Assembly: GCF_006345805.1 (NCBI RefSeq)
Contig: NC_043010.1
Location: forward strand, 2,170,001 to 2,234,000
Direction: 5' to 3'
Source: Octopus sinensis
Taxonomy: Eukaryota
Length of the DNA: 64,000 nt
In this document: positions 13,641 through 26,559 of the stretch, piece after piece
Numbering within the stretch: position 1 is the first letter of the stretch
Layout of the letters: each line of letters begins with the position of its first letter
Position numbers and translations under genes: made by a program
The notes under the pieces: generated by a model
Databases searched by the model: none
Told to the model about the DNA's origin: nothing
What the model saw: only the letters and a program-made list of their open reading frames with translations

Positions 13641-14304
13641 AAACGAGATATACAAGTCACTTATTCTTTCATTCTTTCTTTCTTTCAGCCCCTTCACACT
13701 TACTTCATTCTTTCCACTCTTCTTTCTTTCACTCCCCCTCTCTCACATTTCTTGGCCTCCCCTTCATTCTCACCTTCCCTCCTCTTTCACTTCACTCTGT
13801 TCCTTTTCTTTTTTTCTCATCCTTCCCTAATTCTTCTATACCCCACTCCTCTCCTTCCAAAGTGACCAGTGTTCAGTCAAGCCTGACCTTTCTTTCTTGG
13901 TTCCACTACCATCCATGCAACATCTATATTCCTTCCCATGTCTGTCATCTCCTATGTCCCTGCCATAAAGGCTTCACTTCCACTCACACCAGCCTTAATT
14001 TAATTCCTTCTTAGTAGGAAAAAAACCCTGTTGTTAATGCCCTGTTGTTTGCATTTGTATTTGTGTATCATTTCTCTGTTCTTTTTTGTCCTTGTTTTCA
14101 TATACATTCACTGCTTTCTTTCAAGAAATCTAATGCTCTTAGCTTAGATTTTTCTTGGGGCTGGCCAGATTGGAGCAGTCTCGAGTATAACCAGCTGAAA
14201 CTGCAAAGAATTGTCCCTTTTTGTATCATCTGTCTGGATATCTTGTTGTCACCTGTTGCGTTCTTGTCATATATATATATATAAATATATATATATATAC
14301 ACAC

Positions 14305-14396
<92 letters not shown>

Positions 14397-14534
14397 ACAT
14401 GTAAATATGTGGGTGTGTGAGAGAGAGAGGGAGAGAGAAAGAGAAAAGTAGTTTTCTGTATTATTGTGTAGTGCTGGGTATTGAAGTACTACAGCAGTTA
14501 TACACCCAACACATTTCCGTAATTAAAAACATAA

Positions 14535-14565
<31 letters not shown>

Positions 14566-15492
14566 CGATGACATTTAATATTCATCTACGACACAAGGTC
14601 CACGTATACCAGCAACTCCTCACCTCTTATTCCTTTGTAGCCGTGAAACACAGTCACTGAATATCATAGAATTACATAACGGCAGAAGTTCAATTGCAGG
14701 GGTTTCAGACAAGATGCATGCTCCTCATTATATTCTTAGACCAACCAGCAATTTCGCTGCTTCATGCCTACTGCAACATTAAACCCACTGACATCTGTCA
14801 GCCAGCATTTACAGTACTAAGAAGCAAATCATCATTTTGAGATCCATTTTTCCATAATTGCATGGATTGGATGAAGGATAATGAGGCAGATTTTTCGACA
14901 GCTGGATGCCTTTCCTGTTGACAATCCACACCTGATTTCAAACAAGATAATACTTCTGCATGGCCCGACATGTTTTATAAACTATTTTGAAATGAATGCC
15001 ATTGCTCGTAGACTAATGACAATCATTTATGACACATGCACACACACACATGCACAGACAGACAGACAGACAGATAGATAGAATGAAAGAAAGAATGGGC
15101 TTCTTTCAATTTCCATCTTCTAAATGTACTCATAACACAGGTTGGCATGGGACTATAGGAGAAGACACTTGTCCAAAGTGCCATGCAGTGGGATTGAACC
15201 TGAAATCGTTTGGTTGAGAAGCAAACTTCTTTACTTTCACATCTACATCTATATACATCCATTAATCTCCAAATAATCCAGATCAAATGTGGTTGAATGT
15301 CATCAGCCGATTCAACATGATGTCTTTAGCCAGATGAGTGTCTATGAACCTCAAAGAATGGCTTCTGAATTGCAAGGCCTTGATAAATGGCATGAAGCAA
15401 GGGACAGCAACTATCCATAACTTGTACTGACTGCCATGGCATTCACTGATTGTAACTCTAGGACTGCAACCGCTCATATATATATATATATA

Positions 15493-15685
15493 TATATAAT
15501 ATTAATTCGAGACATAAATTGAAACTGATTTGAAAATCGGAAATCCACCTGATGAATGTCATTTGAAGACATGAAACGATTGTAGTGGCGGTTTATTTAC
15601 TTTATATTAAAATTTTATGTATTGATTAAGTCTTTCCTTGTTTGTTTTGCAAAATAGTGGTTTTGTCTCGAATTAATATTATATA
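15493..15685. mobile_element. Small inverted-repeat element (MITE-like) in (AT)n
   Basis: 22-bp perfect inverted repeat tatataatattaattcgagaca (15493-15514) / tgtctcgaattaatattatata (15664-15685). Confidence 0.6.
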
Positions 15686-15759
15686 ATATTTTACTATAAA
15701 ATTGGATTTAATCCTAAATCTGATTTTTTCCCTGTAAATTTGGATTTATTCCCTAATAT

Positions 15760-15809
<50 letters not shown>

Positions 15810-16439
15810 CAGGCTTCATTCAGTTTCCATCTACGAAATCCACTCATAAGGCTTTGATCTGCCCAAGGCTATAGTACAAGACACTTGCCCAAGGTGCCAT
15901 GCAGTGGGGCTGAACTGAGATTCATGTGATTGGAAAGAAAGTTTCTTACTACACAGCCATGCATGTGCACACACATATATATATATAATTACTTTTCCAA
16001 GAAGAAGGGTGACAGTGATTTCAAAGGTTTGGCCTGATATCCTCAGTTCAATGTAAGTGTTACTTTGACTTGTAGAAATATAACACACACACACACATAT
16101 ACACACACATACACACACACACGCATGCTAACACATATATATACTCTACAAAAGAATTGATTAATTCTTCAGATTAACGTTAAATTGTCTTTATAACTCA
16201 GCACAGAGACAAACATTTTGATATATATATGTATATATTTATAGGTATGTTTGGTTTAACACTGATGAGAAAGATATCTCAATATATAAAACAGAATGTG
16301 TGTATATATATATATATATATGTATATAACTAGCTAATGTGTATTTATTGTTTCTTTATTTGCTGATACTATTACATGAGTGCACAAAGGGGTAGAATTT
16401 TATGCTAAGACATAATCAAAGTGAGGTACAGAAACACAC

Positions 16440-16672
16440 ACATATATTTATGAAAGTGTGTGTGTGTGTGTGTATGTACACATATATATGTTATATACCT
16501 ATCTTAGCACGCATGCATATACATATATATATATAATATATATATATATACACACACACACACATTTACATACGTATATATATATACATATATATATACA
16601 CATATGTATATATATAATGCATATATATACATATACATATATACACACACACACATATATATATATATATAC

Positions 16673-16713
<41 letters not shown>

Positions 16714-17550
16714 TACATATATATACATATATATATACACACACATATGTATGTGCATTTGTGGTATGTAAAGCATGTAATTTATACTTATGTGTGTGTG
16801 TGTATTTACACACACATATATGCATACATACACAGTCTATTTCTCTCTATCTCTATCTTCTTTTTCTCCCTCTCTCTTCTTCTTTCTTTCTCTCTCTCTC
16901 TCTCTCGGACAACACAGAAATCGGATGCAAACAGAAAATGTCATACAACATTTTCAGTGTAAACTTTGAAGTTGTAAACTTTCAATAAAGTAGATGATAC
17001 AAAGGTCAAACTAGCATCACACACTCCAGTAAGCCTAACTATGCACCTGCAGCAAAGAACTATTGTAATGCATCACTTAACAACAGAACAGAACAGCATA
17101 ATACAACACAATCAATCAATAGCAAAAATTCTTTAAAACATTCACAACTATTATAAGATCCTAAGCATAAAGAAGTCAATTCTGATATCCCCAAACGAGC
17201 ATACAAATCAACACTCAAACCCATAACTAATATTTAGAGAAAGCGTTCAAATGTTCTCCCCATTTCTCTTTCTGCCACCTCATCCCAACACCATCCATTG
17301 ATGCCAATCGCTTCCAATCTCTCTCGTAACACTCCTCTTTAAAATAACCAATAGCAACTCTGATTAGAAATAATAGAGAAACAAAACACACTTAACATCT
17401 GTCACTCTGTGGCTGGACACCTTAATGATAAGGTCAGGTGACATTGGACAAACATCAATAAAATGTAGATGGGAACACTTTATATGTATTTGTGTATGTA
17501 TATATGTATATATAAATATATATAGATATCTGTGTGTGTGTGTGTGTATG

Positions 17551-17588
<38 letters not shown>

Positions 17589-17755
17589 TGTGTATACGCA
17601 CATACTTATACATATATATGCAAATACTACATATATAATATATATACATATATAAATATACATATATACATACATATATAAATATACATACATACATATA
17701 TAAATATACATACATATACATACATACATACATATACATACATACATATACATAC

Positions 17756-17805
<50 letters not shown>

Positions 17806-18000
17806 CGTATATATACACACATAGATGCATACATATTCACATACACTCATATATTTTTACACATACACACACACATATGTACACACATACATATCTATTT
17901 ATACATACAAACATTAGGTACATACACACACCCCTAGATATGTATACATCTATATGCACACATATTACAAAACACATCTCTGATCTGTTCTGCTCACAAT
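16440..18000. repeat. Two large degenerate (TA)n/(TACA)n arrays (about 16440-16830 and 17480-18000)
   Basis: Directly visible; source of the I/Y/T/H-repeat ORFs. Confidence 0.95.
17227..17359 (-). CDS. Candidate coding exon of an unidentified gene (terminal, or internal if donor gag|GTggca at 17278 is used)
   Basis: Strong acceptor ttttgtttctctattatttctaatcAG; frame VAIGYFKEECYERDWKRLASMDGVGMRWQKEKWGEHLNAFSKY* followed by U-rich sequence resembling a 3' UTR. No homolog recognised. Confidence 0.3.
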
Positions 18001-19026
18001 TACAACAAAGAAAGTTTATGAAGAGATATGAGAAATTATAAAATAAAATAAAATGAAATAAAATAAAATAAAATAAAATAAAAATAAGATATTGCCACGA
18101 GGGTGAAGTAGACAAAATTTTTGATGAAATTCCACTCGCTTCAGAAATAGCTGCTCTTCAAACAAATGTGAGTGTGTCTATATGTATGTGTTTGTGTGTG
18201 TATGTGAGTATGTGTATGTGTTTGTGTGTAATGAGTGCAGTAAAGGCGGGAATGTATCTACAAATTTGTGTTTGTGGAGTGTGTGTGTGTGTGTGTAAAT
18301 AAGGCAAGAAAGACAAAGCAAGTGAGATGTAGAGATTGAATAATAGAAAGAGAGAGGACAGTGAAAAAGAACTCTTGTGCTATCTCTCTCTTTCTCTCTC
18401 TCTATCTATCTATCTCTCTGACAAGGAGAGAGGGAGGAAGAGAGCAAAAGACCAAAATTGAAAGACAAAGAAACACACACATATGAAAGAGAGGGAGAGA
18501 GAGATAGGGAATATCGTTGACCATGGACGACACAGGATGGTTGGTGGAGTGGAGAGGAAAAGGCAATGGGAAGGAAAATGCTTTTGAAACTGGTCATAAT
18601 GATTTGGTTGCTATGAAGTCATAGAGAAAATTATCTCAGTGATCTTATGATGTAAACTTCAAGTGAATGTGAGTCAGGATAAAGGCTGGTCACATATGAG
18701 TCAGATGGATTAGTTTAGTACATGTTATGTAGAGAGAGAGAAACAGAATTGGTAAAGAGAGCAAGGAGGGGAGAGGAAGAGAAAGACGAAGAAATGAGTT
18801 GGTAGAGGCTGTAAAGAGACGAAATATGAAATATTAGAGTGTAAAGGGTCAAAAAGTGCAGAGTATTGGACAAAGGAAGAACGAAAGCATGGTCAGACTG
18901 GACAGCTTTCCACGGTTTTCACAGGTCTCAGAGTCCAAAGATAACCTGTGTTTACTACGGATTACTATCAATAGGTAAATATCCTTGGCAAGAAGCCCTG
19001 CATAAAAGAGATGGATTAATACAGAT

Positions 19027-19262
19027 AAGGCGGTGAGCTGGCAAAAACGTTAGCATGCCGGGCAAAATGCTTAGCCGTATTTCGTCTGCCGTTATGTTGT
19101 GAGTTCAAATTTTGCCAAGGTCGACTTTGCCTTCTCATCCTTTTGGGGGTTGATAAATTAAGTACCAGTTATGCACTGGGGTCGATGTAATCGACTTAAT
19201 CTGTTATTCTGTCCTTGTTTGTCCCTCTGTGTTTAGCCCTTTGTGGGTAGTAAAGGAATAGA
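19027..19262 (+). mobile_element. SINE family B, full length, little decayed
   Basis: Head ggcggtgagctggcaaaaacgttagc...gagttcaaatt; central ggtcgactttgccttctcatccttttgggggttgataaattaagtaccag (Meta-domain-like, from memory); CpGs retained. Confidence 0.9.
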
Positions 19263-19399
19263 AAAGTGATGGATTAGTATAGATTGTAAACAGACAGGCA
19301 GTAAGAAACTCATGTGGGACATTCTATAAGGTTGGTTGCTCTGCTAGAAATAGCACTAAAAGAAAGGCTATATTGGATAATGTAATGCTAGAAAAAAAA

Positions 19400-19810
19400 A
19401 TGATAGCTGTTTGATTAAGAAACATACTTTGCAACCATGTGGCTTCAGGTTCAGTCTCACCATGCAGCACCTTGTGCAAGAGACTTCTATCATAGCTGGA
19501 ACAATGTCTTTTGAGTGAATTTGGTAGAAAGAAACTGCATGGAAGTCCATCATGTGGGTGTGAGTGTATAAATGACTGTGCGTGACTTTGTATCTGTATC
19601 TATCACCTGCCACTTGACAACTAGTGTTGGCTTATGTCCCCCGTAACTTAGTGGTTCGAAAAAGGGGGGGGGGACAAAAAGAAGCATCAGACTTTTAAGT
19701 CAATTTGTCAAAATACTTAGGTCAACTTGTTCAACTAAACCCTTTCAAGATGGTGCCCCAGTATGGCCACAGTCCAATGACTGAAACAAATAAAAGGCAA
19801 AAGATAAATG
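19400..19810 (+). mobile_element. SINE family A, full length, diverged
   Basis: Collinear with 47150-47563 from ctgtttgattaagaaac to gactgaaacaaataaaaggcaaaaga. Confidence 0.8.
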
Positions 19811-20467
19811 ATAAAGATAACAATAGAGCATTCATAGCAAGAATGCTTTCACCAAAGATATCTGTTAAATCAAAGTTAACCCAATAACAATCAATACCTG
19901 ACGCCCAACCCCACCCAAAAACACACTTCCAACAACAACAACAACTATGGAATGAATTAGTTCATACTGTACAGAAGCATTTGGACAGATTAGTACACAA
20001 AATGCCCTCTGGTGGATTAGTACACACTATGCAGCACTCCACTGAATTAATATAGATTTTGCTGTAATATTGGGATGGATTGCAGCTTAATGTACAAGGA
20101 TAATGGGATGTATTGGTTCAAAATATACAAATGGATTAAAGTGACAATGGGTATTGTAGTAATGTAGTTTACTGTAAGCTGTATGTATGAGTGTAAGCGT
20201 GGCCGTGTGGCTGTGTGGTTAATGATTTTTGCTTGACAATCACATAATTCTGGGTTTGATTCTATTTCCAGTGAATGCAAATTGAGCAAACGTCTTCTAC
20301 TGTAACCTTGGACTGACCAACGTGCTCCTTGTGAATGAGTCTGATTGCTTGTAACTGTGTTGAAGTGCAGCATTTATCCTATACATTACACAATTATATA
20401 TGCAGAACCATACACATGCATATATACATACACACGTATGTGTACATCTTGTATTCATATATGCATA

Positions 20468-20798
20468 TATGACTGGAACTCCATTGGTTTTGACGACGAG
20501 AATTCCAGTTGATCTCATCAATGGAACGACCATCTTGTGAAATTAACATGCTAGTGGCTGAACACTCCACAGATACACGTACCCTTAATATAGTTCTCAG
20601 AGAGATTCAGCATGACACAGAATGTGACGTGTCTGGTCCTTTGAAATACAGGTAAAATTCATTTTTGCCAGTTGAGTCCACTGGAAAAATATGAAATAAA
20701 GTGTCTTGCCCAGGAATGCAACATACTGCCAAGAATCGAACTCACAACCTTATGATCATGTGCTGAATACCCTAACCACTAAGCCACATGCCTTCATA
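20468..20798 (-). mobile_element. CORE-type tRNA-SINE with an alternative 3' part
   Basis: Minus head gaaggcatgtggcttagtggttag...gagttcgattctt, then cctgggcaagacactttatttc (CORE-like), then a tail unlike that at 31410-31733. Confidence 0.75.
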
Positions 20799-21558
20799 TG
20801 TATGTGCGTGTGTGTGTAAAATAGAGAGCAGTCACCATATTTTCTTTCCTGACTGCCACCTCTGAAGAGTGCAGTGTTACATAATCAGGCTGTTATCTAA
20901 CATCACATTGAACTTCTAGTAGGAAACTAACTGGCAATATCGGTCATAATGGATATATGATACTGTACACTTCAATTAATATACACACACACATATATAC
21001 ATACATACACATGCAAACACATACACACATACGTACATGTATGCATGTATAGGCACACTGACCCCACACATGCGCACAAACAAACAAAAGGGAACGCAGT
21101 GTAAATAACGGACAGAGTCAAGACTATTGAAAAGGTCGCAAGACGCAACAAAAATTTTAGAAAATAAAAATAAGAAATAAGTGGAAATTTTACCGGTGAG
21201 TGTGTTAAATAATAAGGCACTAAAAGAGAATGACTCTCCCCAACAGAGTAATTAAAAGAGTTGATATCAGAAAGAACATAAAACATTACTTCAAAATGTT
21301 CTATGAAACTCGTGTTAATATGGAAAAGTGGACATAAATATGATATGTTTGTGTGTATGTGTCTGAATACATGCATACTGCTTTTCACCAATGTATTCTA
21401 GTAAGTAACCCCAAAAGGTGATACTCTGGAACAATTGTGCCTCGAATGGTCTCAGCTCCACATCATGCTGCAGAGACAATGGATTGTCTCAGCAGTTCCT
21501 CATCAGGAATGTAAAAGCCTGAAACCATGTATACTATTGTTTACCATGTCAAACTATA

Positions 21559-21619
<61 letters not shown>

Positions 21620-21985
21620 ATATATGTAAATGATGGCATTATATTAGTACATTTGTACTAAATATAATAATACATTTATGATAATGATGGTAGATTTTTA
21701 TTTTTCAAACAGTTTATTTTCATCAAAAAGCTTTGGGTTTTTAAATATTTACTTAAATGACCATGAAAGATATATATATGTACATGCATGCATAGATACC
21801 ATGAAAATATAAGGTGTAGGAGTAGATTATGGTTAAGAGATTTGCTTCACAGCCATGTGATTTTCAGGCCAATCTCACTGAGTGGCACCTAGGACAAAAG
21901 TCTTCAACTCTAGACTTGGAACAATAAAGGCCTTGTGGCTTTGTAGACAGGAAATTGATAAACTGCACTCACATAAGCTCGCTGT

Positions 21986-22297
21986 GCAGGCACATGGCCT
22001 AGTGGTTAGAGCAGCGGACTCACGGTCGAAGGATCGTGGGTTCGAATCTCAGACTGGGCGATGTGTGTGTTTATGAGCGAAATCACCTAAGCTCCATGCG
22101 GCTCTGGCAGAAGGTAATGGCGAACTTCTGCTGACTCTTTCACCACAACTTTCTCTCATTCTTTTCTCCTGCATCTTGCAGCTCACCTACGACAGACTGG
22201 CATTCCGTTCTGCTGGGGAATCTATACGCCAAGGAAATCGGGGAAACTGGCCCTTATGAGCCAGGCATGGTTCAAGAAGGAACAAAAACAAAACAAC
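21986..22297 (+). mobile_element. tRNA-derived SINE (family F), full length
   Basis: A box TGGCCTAGTGG, B box GGTTCGAATC, non-tRNA body, tail gcatggttcaagaagg(AAC)n-like. Confidence 0.8.
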
Positions 22298-22557
22298 ATG
22301 AGCTCACTCCCTCTATCAGGTCAACATTGCCTGTACAGGTGCCACAGATCAGATGTCGAAATTATCACAGAGCAACATGAAATAAGTGTTTTGCTCAAGA
22401 ACAGAATGAACTTATTGGTCTTGGAATCGAAATCGCAATCTTATAATTTTGAAAGCAACACCCTAACCAGCAGGCCATATGCCTTCAGTCAAATACTGGG
22501 GTCAGTTAAGTGATTTCCCCCTCCCTTCAAAATTGCTAACCTTGTGCCAAAATTACA

Positions 22558-23096
22558 ATTTATTATTGAGTGAGAGAGTAGTGCATGCTGTCAATTCGAA
22601 GTCCAATATACCCATCAATACTACCCGTCTGATAAGGGTACACCAGGCACATGCATCATAACCATATGTGCGTGACATGGTGATCTCATATCAAGATAAA
22701 CAGTGCATGATCTTGCAGGTGGGGCCCAGTTAGAATTTTCTTCAGGTTGAGTATCCCATTCTGCTCAAAAGGTCCCTGAATAAGGGTTGTTTAAGGATGT
22801 TGAACAAAACACCCATGTTTCCAGAGGTGAATTATTCAAGCCCCTAAGAATTTCTCTCAACACATGGCTATGATGCTCCCCTACTACTTCTGCTTGTGTT
22901 CAGAGATGTGCAGATCTCCAGTTACTTAGTGACATGCTCAACTGGTTATGGTCAAGCAACTGACAAGCAAATCTGTGGTATTGAGCAGAATATTTGCTGT
23001 AGCCCATCTTTTATACCAACACAAAACAATGCACATGATAACACTTCCAATCAGTTAAGATCAGAAACCATGAAAGCCATTGCCTGGTACTGCATC
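22558..23096 (-). mobile_element. Interspersed repeat family D (non-LTR-type 3' end with (AAT)n tail)
   Basis: Reverse complement aligns end to end with 33266-33819. Confidence 0.75.
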
Positions 23097-23597
23097 AGGG
23101 CATTTGTTATTATTGTTATTATCATTATTTTTGAATTGAAAAATCCTACCAAGGAAAACTTTGCCTTTCATCCCTTCTAGGTTGAGAATATTAAGAACCA
23201 GCCAAATACAGGAGTCAAAGGTATCAACTGGTCCTCTCTCTTGCCTTATGCCTAAATCAGAAATTATTATTATTGTTGTTGTTGTTGTTGTTGCAAACCT
23301 CATCACCAAGATAATTATAATTTTGGGAAAATAGATTATCATATTTACTCTTAACATCATCATCATTGTCATCATCTTTGTCATCAAGACTGACACAATT
23401 GTTATCATCACCACCAACATCACTGCCGTTCTTGTCATCATTACCACCACCGCCATCATCATCTTAAATAATGTCACCCTGATCACCATCATTATCATCA
23501 TTGCCAAAATCGCTGTTGTATTTCATGATTTCATGAGAGAGAGAGAGAGAGAGAGAGAGAAAGTGAGAGTGCTGACAATGTTATATATATATATATA

Positions 23598-23730
23598 CTT
23601 TATTTAAAGCAGCAGAAAATTCAACAAAATTGTTGAATTTTCTGCTGCTTTAAATAAAGCATATTACTCTACCACTGGTATTTGAGTACTCTTTTTTCCA
23701 CCTTGTTTCACATTTATGTGTTTACTCCGG
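23598..23730. repeat. Fold-back remnant in (TA)n, probably Penelope-like
   Basis: Perfect 30-bp arms ctttatttaaagcagcagaaaattcaacaa / ttgttgaattttctgctgctttaaataaag with 2-nt spacer (23598-23659), flanked by (TA)n on both sides. Confidence 0.7.
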
Positions 23731-23781
<51 letters not shown>

Positions 23782-24087
23782 TATAGATAGATAGATAGAT
23801 AGATAGATCTGTTATATCCAAGTTTGTCTCCAAGATGTCTCTTTAAGCAGCTTCTATATACATACATACACACGCATGCACACACACACACACACATACA
23901 AACACACACACACATTTATATACGTATGTATATATAGTACTCATTGAAACACTTTGGAAAGGTTATAAATTCGATAATGTGATGATATGTTATTACCATA
24001 AGCAGTAAAGATTGATTGAAATATCAACCTCATCTTTGTATTTCTAATTTCTTCTACTCCACATTATGATTGTTATATTCTTTTTAT

Positions 24088-24124
<37 letters not shown>

Positions 24125-24360
24125 GTTTTATTTTCTTATTGCATTTTTCTTTTTTTACCTGTTTTTGGTAGGTGTTTTTTTGTTCTTTTATTATTAAAAG
24201 TTGGCATAGTCTTACAAACATGTCATATTTAAAATCCATCCACCTGAGGAAAAAGAGAGAAAGAGAGGGAAAGGAAGGAAGAAAGAACGAAAGAAAGAAA
24301 GAAAGAAAGAAGGAAGGAAAGAAAGAGCGAAAGCAAGAAAGAAGGAAAGAAACTGTTTTC

Positions 24361-24860
24361 CACTCGTTTCATCACGTCGACACTCTAGAACAATCCCTAT
24401 CCCATCGATCGGCAACCACCACTACGATGACGGCGACCACCACTACCACGACGGCGACCACCACTACCACGACGGCGACCACCACAACCGCGACGACGAC
24501 GACGATGATGATGATGCTAGCAATGATGATGGCAGCAACGAGCTACGTTCAATTTCAGTTTCCCTCTACTAATAACTGCATACAATGACTTCTTCTCCTC
24601 CAATGACCTAGTTTCGCTTCGACAATATTCGTTTCAGAAAGCACATATGAATACATATGTATATCCTGTCACATTGGCTGATTGATTGATTAACGAGCAC
24701 AAATAACTGCATATCGATGAATACAAAGAGACACGGAATGGATGGAAGGAGAGAAAGGGAAAAGAGAGTGAGAGTGAGCAGGGAGAGTAAGCGAGAGGGA
24801 CGGAAGGAGGGAGGCAGTTGCGAGTACACGTGCACTTGTACTGTTGCATATTTAGATTAA
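24361..24860. promoter_or_regulatory. CpG-rich island, candidate promoter or enhancer
   Basis: CpG is frequent here, also outside the 21-bp repeat gacggcgaccaccactaccac, and scarce in the flanks; reverse CCAAT box (cattggctgattg near 24672) and E-box CACGTG near 24827; purine tract upstream of it. Confidence 0.45.
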
Positions 24861-24940
24861 TTCATTCATATCTATATTTAAACAAGTGTGCGTGCATACA
24901 CGAGTGTGTGTGTATGCGAGTGATTTTGTGTGTGTGCATG

Positions 24941-24972
<32 letters not shown>

Positions 24973-26278
24973 CGCGTGTGTGTGAGCATGCATATTAATA
25001 TTGGCATGCACACACATAGATATAGAAATATACAAGCATTTAAAAATATCAACATCAAATGCATATGTATGTATGTATATATATATATATATATGCATGC
25101 ATACATACTAGCATGTACTCTTCTATCAATGTACACCCATCCGCACCATACACATACATTTGAACACAATATAGAAAAACATAAACATTAAGATAAATAA
25201 CAAAATGAATACGCATACACAGGTTCATATACTCACTCACAAAAACACAAACACACACACACACACAAAGAGGTATAACTTAAAATTTAATTCTGATAAA
25301 AACATTACAACACCCCCATGCCCAAAAGAAGAAAAAGAAGAGAGAAGCTTATAGAGTGATGGTGGCAGGGATGATGGTGGTGATATCAGTAGGCAGCAGT
25401 AGTGTGTGTGTGTGTGTGTGTGTTTTCCCATCAAAGATGTTTCCAATGTTTATGAAACTTTGGGATGATTCCCTAATGAGTTTGTTTAGTTTGGAGGAAA
25501 AGTCATGAGATGCATCCCCCCCCCCTCGGTGGCTGGTTGTTAATGCCTCTCTATCCATGACACAATTGTGTGGAGACATTAGAGAAGGCACCGAAAGGGT
25601 ATAAAGATACTAGTGATACGAATGAAACATTCTTTTTCGGTGAAGGAAGAATGGAGTTCAATTCCTAGGGTTGCAGTGGGTTTCAATTCTTTGGCAGAGT
25701 TTGAACTCGTGACATAGGTGCAGATATGGCTATATGATACTTGCTTCCCAGCCATGCAGTCTAAGATCCAATCTCATTGTGTGGCACCCTGAGCAAGTGT
25801 CTTCTACTATAACCCTGGGCTAAACAAAGCTTTGTGAGAAGATTAGGCAGGCATAATCTGAAAGAAGAGCATTGTGTGTGTGTTTACATGTGCATATTAT
25901 ATAAAGAAATGGCAAGGGACCAGGACTGGTGGTGATTTATCCACACTGATGGGCTTGTCCTTTGCAGATGCCAGTATGACGTTAAATGCACTCTTGCTGG
26001 TACCACATAAATGCACCTGTGCTGGTGGCACGTATAAGGCACCCAGCACAGGTGCTCTGTAAAATGGTTGGTGTTAGGAAGGGCATCCAGCTGTAGAAAC
26101 CATGCCACAACTGACAATTTGGAGTCTGGGCAGCTTCTAGACTGGCCATCTCCTGTCAAAACGTCCAACCCATGCCAGCATGGAAAATGGACATTAAATG
26201 ATAACACACACACACATATATACACACACATATATATATACATATATATGATACACACACACATATATACATATATAT

Positions 26279-26559
26279 GATGCCAGCGCCGCCCCGACTG
26301 GCTTTCGTGCCGGTGGCACGTAAAATGCACCAATCCGATCGTGGCCGTTGCCAGCCTCGCCTGGCACCTGTGCCGGTGGCACGTAAAAAGCACCCACTAC
26401 ACTCATGGAGTGGTTGGCGTTAGGAAGGGCATCCAGCTGTAGAAACACTGCCAGATCAGACTGGAGCCTGGTGCAGCTTTCTGGCTTCCCAGATCCCCGG
26501 TTGAACCGTCCAACCATTGCTAGCATGGAGAACGGACGTTAAACAATGATGATGATGAT
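26279..26559 (+). mobile_element. RTE LINE 3' UTR copy (family C), little decayed
   Basis: Two GTGCCGGTGGCACGTAAAA units, CpGs intact, ggcgttaggaagggcatccagctgtagaaac, (GAT)n tail. Confidence 0.88.

Noticed and set aside
14098-14260. Protein-like frames on both strands in unique sequence
   Set aside because: Several frames look equally plausible, no convincing acceptor/donor pair, no recognisable homology.
14570-14830. Possible exon around 14.6-14.8 kb
   Set aside because: Stops in the plausible frames; the minus strand ends in a (CAT)n tail, so it is more likely an old retroelement 3' end, too decayed to classify.
21986-22058. Possible tRNA gene (A and B boxes, CAC loop)
   Set aside because: Anticodon and acceptor stems do not pair and it runs into a SINE body; it is a SINE head.
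24405-24530. Protamine-like RRRGSGG frame on the minus strand
   Set aside because: Bounded by stops, no start codon or splice sites; a by-product of the 21-bp repeat.
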